From Selaginella moellendorffii (lineage: Eukaryota; Plantae; Lycopodiophyta), in NCBI RefSeq assembly GCF_000143415.4, contig NW_003314263.1, positions 2,182,655 to 2,238,518 on the forward strand: a DNA stretch of 55,864 nucleotides, read 5' to 3'. A program made the position numbers and the translations under genes. This document shows, piece after piece, positions 27,629-39,800 of this stretch. Numbering within the stretch: position 1 is the first letter of the stretch; the number at the start of each line of letters is the position of its first letter. The notes under the pieces were generated by a model. The model made no database searches. It was not told the origin of the DNA and worked only from the letters and a program-made list of their open reading frames with translations.

Positions 27629-28298
27629 TAAAAAATTTTTGCAATTCAACATTAGTAAGGATTATTTAGTGTATATGAATATTCACTTTAGGATCTTGAT
27701 GTAAGATGTTGACGAAGATGTAGTATATGCCTTCAAGGAGCATATGCCTTCCCATGTTTTTCGCACTTCATAGTCTAGATATGTGTAAGAAAAAAGGTTT
27801 TATATATCAATTATGTACTATCTATTTATTTTCACAATGTACTCCTTTGCTAGTGCAATAATATATTTTATAAAGAGAATCTCACACTCTAGCATTTTAG
27901 GAGAACTCATTTTACCATGCTTTTACTTAGAGATGGTTTACCTTTTTCTTGCTAGTCTTTTGTGCATTTCTGTGGGAATAGTGTTAGTTTTATCATTTAT
28001 GTTTCCAACTTTCCTCCTCTCTAGATTAAAACTAGATTTCTCAAGGTTTTTAATCTTATCTTATATGAATGCGACCTTATTAGCAATCGACCATTCTTGA
28101 GGTATTGCATAAGGTCTTATCACTATAGTGTCTTTAAGTTGCTTCATATGGTTGGCATCAGTGTTGTAGCAATATAGTCAACACTATCTCGAAAATTTTG
28201 TTTGTTTTCATTTCCTATAAAAATATGAGGCTGGAATAGAAGCAAATTTATCACCACAGATCTATGCCTAGAACTTACTTCTCATAAGTATTCTCATA

Positions 28299-29660
28299 TG
28301 TAAGTAACCAAAGAGAATAACTTGAGAGATGATTCAAAGGTAGGGGTTAAAATACAAAGGGAAAGGGCTCATGAATAAAAGTGGACCCTCTTTTTTAATT
28401 AGTTAAGGGTTTTGGGATATTTAGGGCTAAGGGCTCTCAAAAGAGTTGCAATTCTTAGCTTTCATTCACGAAGGTATGAACTTGTAGGAAAGTATGTGTT
28501 AGCTCATGAGTTTGGACTTCCCGGGAGGTCACCCAGCCCAGTACTATTCAAACCCAAAGACGCTTAACCCCAAGTATCCCAAGACCCTTAACCAATTGGA
28601 AAAGGGGGTGCACTCTTGTTCATGGGCCCTTTCCCTCTATATTTGAACCCCATGGATCGTCTCTCAAGTCGTTCCCTTTGGTTGCTTACAATCCACCACG
28701 CTTCCCTGCAAGTTCACGCCCTCGTGAACGGAAGCTGAGAGCCGTAGCTCTCCCGAGAGCCCCGCTCTCTTGACACCCTACCCCTCGGGTCGAGCCCAGC
28801 GGGAGCAAACTGGACCAGCCAGATGTCAATCAACATGTGGTGTGATTCCCTTAGCCAACCAACAGAGTCGGACCTGAGACCTCTCTGATACCAAATGTAA
28901 GCTCCTGAGTTTGGACTTCCCGGGAGGTCACCCAACCCAGTACTATTCAAACCCAAGGACGTTTAACTCCAAATATCCCAAGACCCTTAACCGATTGGAA
29001 AAGGGGGTGCACTCTTGTTCATGGGCCCTTTCCCTTTATATTTAAACCCCATGGATCGTCTCTCAAGTCGTTCCCTTTGGTTGCTTACAATCCACCACGC
29101 TTCCCTGCAAGTTCACGCCCTCGTGAACGGAAGCTGAGAGCCGCAGCTCTCCCGAGAGCCCCGCTCTCTTGACACCCTACCCCTCGGGTCGAGCCCAGCG
29201 CAAGCAAACTGGACCAGCCAGATGTCAATCAACATGTGGTGTGATTCTCTTAGCCAACCAACAGAGTCGGACCCGAGACCGCTCTGATACCAAATGTTAG
29301 CTCATGAGTTTGGACTTCCCGGGAGGTCACCCAGCCCAGTACTATTCAAACCCAAGGACGCTTAACCCCAAGTATCCCAAGACCCTTAACCAATTGGAAA
29401 AGGGGGTGCACTCTTGTTCATGGGCCCTTTCCCTCTATATTTGAACCCCATGGATCGTCTCTCAAGTCGTTCCCTTTGGTTGCTTACAGTATGGTGGATT
29501 GTAAGTAACCAAAGAAAACAACTTGAGATACAATCTATAAGGTTTAAATACAGAGAGAAAGAGCACATGAATAAAAATGCACCCCCTTTTCCAATCGATT
29601 AAAGATTTTGGGATATTTAGGGTTAAATGTCTTTGGGTTTGAATACTACTAGGCTAGACC
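28299..29660 (+). mobile_element. Older, partly deleted Cassandra element hosting the tandem Cassandra insertion
   Basis: LTR-like starts tgtaagtaaccaaag at 28299 and 29500. The host is split at its PPT (gtatg|gtggat). Confidence 0.7.
28497..29488 (-). mobile_element. Cassandra tandem-array TRIM: three 194-bp LTRs (28497-28690, 28896-29089, 29295-29488) and two ~205-bp internal segments
   Basis: TG...CA LTRs, PBS tggtatcagag (tRNA-iMet) on the minus strand, PPT gtggtggat, TSD GTATG. The LTR holds gttaagcgt...tagtactgggctgggtgacctcccgggaagtcc, homologous to the 5S rRNA A/C-box region. Confidence 0.92.
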
Positions 29661-29699
29661 TATTATATATTCTATAGAAAAGGATATATGGGTTTTTCT

Positions 29700-32400
29700 G
29701 ATAACAAGCATGTTACACATGTTTTTCTAGGGCATGTAGTTTCTTAAGTAACTTGGGTGGAGACCACAAAGGGAACTACCAGTATTGCTCTTGCCATCAT
29801 AGCAATAAAGAGAGAGAGTCTATTAGAACTAGCCAACAAGTATATTTCAATACCCAAAGTCACATTCAATGGGGAGACATTAGTAGACATGTGAATTGAT
29901 TTTTCCCACCCCTTCAACAATAAAACAACGGGATGGAGATGAGCAAAAAACTAAATGAAAAACTAAGTAGAATGCTAGGAGATGTTGGTTTGCATGAAAA
30001 TCAACATCTCTATCCCTCAAGAGAAAACAAAAGTCAAGAAAAAAAAAACCTCTAATGAAATAAAAAAGGCAAAGGGACATTGGTTTATGCATGAACCAAC
30101 CTTACAAAAGCATACCTTGATTGAAAAGCATCTTGAAATACATTGCAAGATTGAAGCACCTTTCTTTTGCTCTTCCCTACTCAAACCCTAGTTGTAAAAC
30201 CCAATGGTCATGATTTCCATTCTCTTCGATAGCGATCGACACAATCATTCAATGCTTTAGATATTAAGATATGTGTAATTGATTGTGAGAGGAATAATAC
30301 TGCTGAGATGAATTGGGTTATGAGCAATAAGCACTGATCAATCATGAGAGTTATAACATTGATAGTTTATCCTCCCTCTCATCTCCATGCTCTCTTCTCT
30401 AGAAAAAAATTTCGTTCTTTTGTGAGAAGTGAGAGAGAGTTAGATTTAGAAAAAATTGCATATGAACCAACCTTTCCAAACTTAATTTCCTCTCACTTAT
30501 ATAAAAGGAGGATTTTAAGATTGCCCATAGACTACAAAAGTCCCAAAGAAAAGTATGAATCCACTGGAAGACCTTTGCTATAGCTTCTTTTAAATTGCTG
30601 TAAGGCAAGTTATTGCTATAATTGCATGCATCATCAAATATAACTCCATCAAAAGAATGCTAAATTTATGCTAAGTTTTTTTCACTTCATAACACCTTAT
30701 GAGAATATTAACAATGGCTAAGAGAATTTCAAAGTCAAATTCTATAAATCCTCAAACTTGAATAATAGTAGTTGAAGTATCAAATGCAAGATGGTGAGGA
30801 TTTTGAAAACAAGATTTCAATATATAATTTTGAATAGGTAATAAAAAGAATTTATTCCAAAATCACTTATTACTATCACTCATATGCCTAATTTATATCT
30901 CCAATAAAGATATCTCTCAACCTGTCACTATTTTGAATATCTTCCTCACAAGCATAAAACACTAATCCCCACTACTCATATAGTATCCACTCATAAACCA
31001 AATTCAAGAGCTAAATTTCATCCCACCAACTTACTCTAGAATTGTTTAAGAGCATTTTTCAATCATTCCTTTCTTTATCAAGACTTTTGAAAGAATAAGA
31101 GATATTTCATAGAGTTTTCGATGAAGTTAGAATTGAGATAACTCTAAGATGAGGACTTTTGTGCTCTTAACAAAGAAGTGAGGTTTTCTAAAGATTGAAT
31201 AATGAACTTTTACTTGTAGCTCCTTAGGAAGATAAAAGAAACTTGATTGCAAGTTACGATTTAGTGGGGGATAAAAGATTAAAATAACACCTTGATCAAA
31301 CTCTGCTTGACCATTCATTTTTTATGACTTTTAGGAAAAAGAAAAGAACAAGAAAACTCAAAAACCTTCCACACTCACCAGACAAAAAAAATAACAAGGG
31401 GGGAAAGAGAATTCTAGACTTCATTTCTTCATAGCAAAACTCTAGATGATCTCTTCTATAATCCATGCTTCATACTTCACAAGGAGCTCTCTAGGATCCA
31501 TTGGTGCTTTTCACATGATCACCTGACATTGAAATCCTTGCTATATGCTTTTGTGGAGGGATTTTGTAAAGTGGAGATGTGATCAAGAGTAAATCATTTA
31601 ATGAAGGAGTTAACAAAGATTCCATTAATTCTTTAACCTCTCTTTATGCCATTATAAAGTTGTCATGTCTGAAGTTGGTGGCTAGTAGCACACCATCTTT
31701 GCATGTTTTGTGCCTTCAAAGAAAGAGAGAGGAAAAGAATTTTCATTAACTCTTAATTTTTATATTTTTCAAAGAAGTAAAACTCAAAGAAAGAACATTG
31801 TAAAACTAGAAGAAAAAACTGAAACTAAAATCACTTTATACTCTATGCTTTAATGCCTTGTGTCGTGAGAGGGTTTTATCCTTGGATTATATTTTATGTT
31901 TTGTTGTTGATATCATAAAATATTGGTGTATTAAAGGTGGCAGATTTAGATGACCATTATTGAATATATATATATGTTACAGAAGAAAATAGTTTTTAAT
32001 GGTGGTAAAAATCTTTGTAAGATTGAAGGGTATATTTAAATATAGGAGTTATATAACAATTTTTTTATAAAGGTGGTGGAAGATAAAGTTTATGATAGAG
32101 TAAGGTGGATGGGTAATATGACAAATATAAGATATAAAAAGAAAAGAGTAATTGTGAAAAGATTTGGTTTGACTTTGACTTTAAATATTAAATCATAGAA
32201 AAAAAGTGGTGGTAAAATAGTAAAGTGGTAAGGGTAAAGGTATAAAAGGGATGGTTTATGTACACCTTGGCTTTGAGTAGGTTGAAAGTTTTTCCCATCA
32301 CAATGGGGAAAGAAGAATTCCAAAAAACAATTCTAAGCTATTAACTTTGCAATCTTCCTGCAATCCTAACTCTAGAGCTAGCAAAAACTTAAAGAAATTT
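29700..32400. mobile_element. Heavily decayed TE-like sequence, family unresolved
   Basis: AT-rich, no intact ORFs, lies between defined LTR elements. Confidence 0.3.
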
Positions 32401-35400
32401 GTGAAGAACAAAGAGAAATTTTCAAGAAACTCCAATTGAAAAACATATTCCCATCAAATTCACCATTTATTGAGGCTAAATCTCCTTTAATATGCTTTGT
32501 TTGTTTCAACTCCATTCTTTATATCTCTATATATATACTTTATTTTCCTCTCTAACAAAAAGGTTTTGGGGTATTTGAAATATCTTATATACTCTTGTGA
32601 AACTCTTTTACAAAATATAACATGCAAAAGTCTTTAAAGTTTGTATATTTATTTTATTGTTCTTTTAAATCAATAGTGCTTTATGTAATGCTAAAAGATC
32701 ATAAAGTCAAATTTTGATTTTCCCACATTGAAATGTCAAAACATGATGTAAAAAATTGCATTAAACTCATTTGTTCATCTAGCCTCTAGTTATCTGCCAC
32801 ATACCATTCCAATGACTAAAACTTTTACTTCAAAATTATAATAATGTGATATAAGAGATAATAAGGTCAAATATCTTTTATGCAGTAAAAGATGGATATA
32901 AAGGACAAGTCTATATACCCAAGACAAAAGAATTAACTTCTTATATGATCTATAATGTATATAATACTCCTTTTGCTAGACACTTTAACAAGACTAAAAT
33001 ATATATAAGTTATTAGAATGCTAGTTTTAAAAGAAGAATATAATAATTTGTTGTACATTGCTTAGAACAATGTTTGGTTTTCTTAATAGTAATGTTATTC
33101 CTATTTATTATTAATATCACATTATTTTACTATAGTTTAAACTTTGGTCTTGAGGATTTTAATCTTATTTTGATTTCACTCGTGGGGAGGATTGATCCTT
33201 GCACATTGCTGGGTGGGCAACTTAAGAAGCTTGACCTTTTTGAAAATTTCTTTTGAAGTTTTGACCCATCGTGTTATAAAAATCCATGCTCAATTGTGAA
33301 ACACAAATCTCTAAACCCCAAAGTGGAGCTAAAAGGGTGCTATGTAGTAGTGGCTAAAGCAAAAGCCAAATAAATGTAACATATTTGGATTAAAAGCTCT
33401 GACTCAAAAAAATTAAGAGTAAGAGTGGAACTCCCAATGAAGTGCTCAAAGAATGAGTATGAAGTGATGAATAAGCGAGCCTCTAGAAAAGGACACAAAA
33501 GGACTAACACATAAGACATGGAAGTGTCAAGTTAAAGTCTGAGATGGACCCAAGATGAAGTCCAAGATGGAGTCCAAGTTGGAGTCCGAGATGGATTTGA
33601 GATGGAGTCCGAGATGGAGTTTGAGATGCATCCAAGGTCAAGTTCGAGATGGAAACCACGATTGAGTCCGAGACCACGACCAAGACAGAGACCAAGACCA
33701 AGTTCGAGTTCGAGTTTGAGTCCAAGTTCAAGTCTAAGTTTGAGTCTAAGTTCGAGTCCGAGTACAGGTTCAAGTCCAAGTTCAAGTCTAAGTCTGAGTC
33801 TGAGGGTGAAAGCCTAATCTCTCAAACCCTAGGGGGTTTGGTGAGCTCCAAAAGTATAGTAGGGGGAGGACTCCAATGGCAGTTTAGCCAAGAAAGGCTA
33901 ATGTGACCAAGGAAGACTATACCTACGTGGTGGGTGATAATATAACCACTAAAGAGTCCAAGGCTAAAGTCAACATAAATAAATAAGTGGGGTAACTTGG
34001 TAAAGTGTTAAAGAGCTAGCTCTAGCTCCCTCGGGAGATCGAATGGTTGATAGTCCAAATCCAAGTGTAAATGGCATTATACTTGGGATACCTAGCATGG
34101 CTTCGAAACCTCACTCTAGTCACATGGCTAGGGCACCCAAAGGCAAAAGGTGAGGAGAGTACCCACGAGACTCATATAGAGCCATGGTGTTTTGAAATAT
34201 CATCCCAAAATCCTGGATTGTGGAAAAGAAGATGAGCAATCTAAAGTCTTGGGAAAATAGTGTTCATAGAAGAAAGTAGCTTTAGCAAAGGGTTGCATAT
34301 GAATATTATGTTATAGTGCTAATTGATAGTTGGCATGAGAAATGACTATTATGGACCTGGCAAGACCTAAACATATGTGATAAGTGTTGTGAGGCTAGGC
34401 TCATAAAGCCAATGGTGTAAAGGCACCAAAGGTTTCAAGGGATGAGGCCTTGAAGTCAAGTTGGTTAATTTATGAGAACCCTTTACCAAAGGAATCCTAA
34501 TGAAATTGAGATTAGCATAGTCTAAGTTAGAAAGCATATGATTTGAGTGTGTGGATCCAAATAATGATGGAGATGTGAAAGCACCAATAATGAGTTGTAA
34601 AACTTAAAGACTATGAGGCAAATAAGCAAAAGGTGTGGTATAATTAATTGAATTGGTGAAAGTCAATTTCCCAAGACTTTTTATTGGGACAAGAAGGGAG
34701 TTAGATATATCTCTTGGGGGATAATTTCCTTATGTTACGATATAGTGAGTCAATGTTATAAAAGGAAATGCTTATTGTCAAAAATGCTTATCATTAGGAT
34801 AATTAAGCACTCTAAAACACTGATGAAGTGGTGTTAGTATTATGAGGGTATTAGATAAGGCCCTAGAGACTAATTCCCTAGAAAATAATGGATCAAAGGT
34901 GTTATTTAATATCTAAGATGGTAGAAAGTTAGAGATGGAAGAGTCTATCTATCCAAAATGGACAAAGCCAAAAAGGGATTTTGGCTAAGCAAGTGATGGG
35001 CATAGAGAGGCTCATGAGTAACAATGTTAATTTTGGTATGTGAGATTACAAGGTGAGCATATCTAAATTAAAGAACCACTCTTTAGGTTTTTGAGTAGGT
35101 TCATCTTTAAGAATACTTGCTAAGGCATAGTAGAAAGTGCAAAGATACCCTCATATTTTGGAAGAGAATAACTGAAGGGAATGTATAAGGCCAAAAAGCA
35201 AATAGCAAAGGGATAGAATTAAACTATAGGAATCGAAAAGTATAGTTAAAGGTGGTGATGCAAGTTAGGAGTGGAGAATTAAGTAAATGCTCAAAAGTAT
35301 TATTACTGATAATTGTGGTGCCTTGGAGAGTATAAAGTGTCAAGACCCCCAACAAGATCAGGACTGGAAAATGCAAAAGACAAAGAGAAAAACTAGTGGA

Positions 35401-36831
35401 GATGAAAAAGAAGCCTTAGACTGGCGTTGATTCAGATTGTGGAGAAATGGAACAAGGCTAACCTATATATATTATAGGTTGATGAAGCTCCACCACTCTT
35501 GGATCGAGGACGGCCTAAATATAGCTGAGGTCGAGGAGGCGCCACATCATTATCAGGAATGTGGTTCGAGAATCAAGAATCATATGGGAAATCAGAGAGT
35601 CAAGAATAGGGAAGTGTCTCAAGAGTCAGGAATGTGGTCTACGGGTCAGGAATCTAGCGAGAGTTAGGAATGTGGCAAGAGTTGGGGGATTCCTGACAAC
35701 ACCCCCTCCTCAAGAACGAGTGGAACAAGGACGTGAATGAGAACGAAGAGGAGGATGAGATGGGCGTCGAGGGACAGGAGATGGAGAATGAAAAGAATGA
35801 GGATTGGGACAAGAAGGGTAGCGACGGTGGAAGTCCTGAACAAGGTCAAGAGAATGAATCAGGTTGTCCGCAAGTTCCCAAGTGCATTCCTCATATCCGT
35901 AACCCTTTCAGTCTACCAAATAGTAGAGTTTAAACCGTGAGATCTTGGAATCAAGGATGTCTTGAACCTCGTACTTAGACCCATCCTCAAGCTGCACTGG
36001 TGGAGGTGGAGGAATGACCCGATTTGGAATAAGATTGGGAATATAAGGGTCAAGGAGAAAGGAGTGAAAAACGGGGTGAATTTGATATGAGGAGAGAAGT
36101 GCAAGGCGATAAGTGACAGGGTTAATGATGGCAGTGATAGGGAAAGGACCGAGGCATTTGAAATCAAGTTTGGGACATGGCCTGGTGGTGGAGATATTTT
36201 GCTTGGGAGCTAAACTTTATCTTCGATATTGTAAAGGGGATAACCCTGACGATGGACATTGGCAAATGTTTTGTGAGATTCCTGAGCACGATGGAGGTGG
36301 AAGGAGATGGAGTTGTGGATTTCCTGGAGGTTGGAGACAAATGCCTCAGAGAGGGGATTTGAACTAGAGGATTCAGATGGAGACGGAAGTGAGAGATTGA
36401 ATCAGGGATTTCAGCCAGAATTTGCAAAGAAGGGGGAAACTTGAAAGGAGGAGTGAATAGAGTTGTTATAGGAGAACTTAGCAAGGGGAAGGACATCGAA
36501 CCAGTCATCATGATGATAGTTGATGAAGCACCTCAGGAATTTTTCCAACGTCTGAATCGTTTGCTCGGACTGTCCATCAGTTTAAGGATGATACGCCGAA
36601 GAGAGGTTGGCCTTCACTCCAAGTAGCTGCAAGAACCGTTGCTAGAAATGAGAGATGAACTAAGGTCCCCGATCCGAAACCACATTTGCAGAAATCCCAT
36701 AAAGTCAGAAAATTTCCCTAAATACCAGTTTTGCCATGTCCTTGCCCGAAAGCTCCTTGGTACACGGCAGGAAGTGTGCCATCTTTGTGAAGCAATCCAC
36801 CACAACTAAAATGCTGTTGAAGCCTCTAGAA

Positions 36832-39800
36832 TGTAAGCGACTAATTTTTCCATTCTACTTTAGTCACTTAACCACACCTCCGACCACTTGGAGGAGTCTC
36901 ATTCACAACCTCCATAAGTCCAATCCAGGACTTGGGACTTGCTAGCCCCAAGAATGGCATCCATGCCACTCAACCCTTGCACCTGGTCCAAGTGCTCCAC
37001 GTGTCCGATCCCATGACCGACACTCCAAGGTACCACCGATATAGTAGCCTATTACGCTAAGGCCATGCTCAATCACCTTTGCCACACTGGTAGTCCAATA
37101 CCACTTGCATCACAATCTTGGCTCTCCAAGACTAGGCAAACCATTCGTGAGTGGTCATTTCAGATCCACTCCTTAGCATCCTTAGGATGCCCACCGATAA
37201 GGGGAACAGCCTTCCCCAATATCCCTTTGTCAGTCCCCACTAAGTCCCTTTTTGCCCCTAGCCGTGTTTGCCAACACTGCCACTGGATCGAGGCCTACAG
37301 GCCTAACCACTAAGTCCCACGGTCCTCTGGGACTTCCTCTCCCCACGACTGTGTCCTTGGTCACTACTCTAGAGGACTGTTCCTCTTCCTTTCCACAGTC
37401 TGGGCCTTTGGGACAACATTTCGGAACACTGTGGCCTTACGCAAGCCACCTGGGTACTCTCCCTGCCTTCCACCTTTGGGTGCTCTAGCCATGGGCTTAG
37501 AGCGAGGTTCCATTGAGCCACGCCTGGTATCCAAGTAGGTAGTGCCACCCACACTTGGACTGGGAGCATCGGCCAGTCGATCTCCCGGGGGAACTAGAGC
37601 CGGCTCTTGAACACTTCACCAAGCTACCCCGCTTGTCAGTCTGTGTTCACTCTAGTCTTGGACTTCCCAGTGGTCAGCTCATCACCCAACACTGGGTCTG
37701 GCCTTCCTGGGCCAAACGGGCCTTTCCTGGCCAAACTAGCTCCACTGTGCTCCAACCCCCACACTCTCCCTACTATACTTTTGGAACCCCCTGCAGCCCC
37801 CCCCCCCTGGGAGACGCACGCTTTGGGCTTTCACCCCTTGACCCGTATTAGTATTTGGACTTAGTCTCTGGCTCGATCTCAGACCCGATTTCGGATCCGA
37901 CTTCGGATTCGGTCTCGGACTCGATCTCGGACCTAATCTAGGACCCAACCTCGGACTCGACCTCGGACCCGATTTCGGATCTCGGACTCCGTCTCGAACT
38001 CGGTCTCGAACTCGGACTCGAACTCGGTCCCCGAGTGGGTCTCGGACTCGATTCCAGACTCTATCTCGAACTCGGTCCTAGAGTCGGTCTTGGACTCGAT
38101 CTTCGACTTGGTCCCATCCGATGAACTCTTTGTTATTTTGGTTATGCTTTTGGGGTTCCTTTAGCCTACGACACCTCTACGAGTTGGTTCCTTACACCAT
38201 CTCGGACTCCATCTCGGGTCCATCTCGGACTCCATCTCGGACTCCATCTCGGGTCTATCTCGGACTCCATCTCGGTCCCGTCTCAGATCCATCTCAGACT
38301 CCATCTTGGACTCCATCTCGGGTCCATCTCGGACTCCATCTCGGATCCATCTCGGACTTCATCTCGGACTCTTCCACGTGTCATATGTTGGTCCCTTTGG
38401 GTCCCTTTGTAGAGCCTCGCTTATGGCTCGCTTTGTGCTCATTCCTTGAGCACTTTGTTGGGAGTTCCACTCCCGCTCTCGACCTTTGAAGTCGGAGCTT
38501 TTAGTCCAAACGTGTTACGCTCGTTTGGCTTTCGCTTCGGCCACTACCACATGGCACCCTTCCGGCTCCACTTTGGGGCCTAGGGATTTTGTGTCTCACA
38601 ACTCCACCACCCATAGACGAAGTTCGATGTCTTCATCGAACGGTAAACCATTTTATAAAGTAACACCCGCATGTGCCACATGTGTTACCATTTCCATCCT
38701 TGGCCCCTAGCCAATATTTGTCAATGGTTTGACATTGAAGGCTCACCATGCCTTCTCCATATTCGTCAATGGTTCGACACCAAAGGCTCACCATGCCTTG
38801 CCCATCCTCTAAGGAGGATAGTCTCTCCAACTTAGAGACTCACTTGACCACCTGGGGTGGTTTGTTCCCTTTTTATTGATTCAGTTCTCACTAAACCCGT
38901 TAGAGACACCCTCTCTAACTCAATTCCACTACTCATTCTTGAGTAGTCACAGATTCCATTGATCTACCTTTGCACTTTGGAACGTTTACTCTTGACTTTT
39001 TTGGAGTCAATTTCCTAGGTGTCTCCGACACCTTGCCTTGCACATTTTGTGCAACTCCACTTCCCCTCCTAGGAAGTTCTCTACTCGAAGGCACCTTCAT
39101 CCTCTTTTCTATTTTTGTGCCACCATTGGCATTACGTTCCATTTATCATTATTTGTGCTAGGGCTGTCCACGGCCCTATCTTTTGGCTCCTTAGTTGCTC
39201 CCTCACTTGGAGCCTTTCCTTTGCCAAATTGGAGCACTTGGGAATCCGTCCTTGGAAGTCCACTTTTTTTTCCGCAATCCATTAGCATCGAACACATTAA
39301 TGTTCCTTGGCTAACTTTGCCACTTGGATTCTTTCCAATGGATCCCACGGCCCTATCTTGGCCACTCATCTTTTGCTCCTATCCATTGATTGTTGCACCA
39401 AGCAACACCGAATCTCTACGTCCCTCCTTGAGGTATTCTTTTGACACTACTTTCCTTGGACACACTATGCCATCGCAATGACATAGCTCATTTCCCTAAG
39501 GTGCTTTTCCCACTTGGTCACCTTGACCAAGCCACACCATCATCAATAGTTCAAATCAACACTTTGAACTAAGAATCCTATTCCTTAACCCAAACAAGGA
39601 CTTTGTCCTTATTTAGCCACAAGATCACCTAGTGATCTCACCTCGGCACCTTAACAGGTTTGCCAATAGGTACTAGTCTTCCAAACCTTTAACTTGTTAA
39701 CTACGACCCCGGGGCATCCCCCACACTTGGCGGTGCACCCAAGCCAGCCCTTCCGGCCAAGGGTCCATAGCAACTGAGACTGGGTGTCCCCATCTCATTC

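Noticed and set aside
28505-28575. 5S rRNA gene
   Set aside because: Only the internal A/C-box part is present and it lies within TG...CA LTRs with PBS, PPT and TSD, so it is a Cassandra TRIM.
37868-38370. CRISPR-like array or repetitive protein ORFs (SRTP/LGLH/ESE repeats)
   Set aside because: Units are contiguous with no unique spacers, and the ORFs are by-products of LTR tandem repeats.
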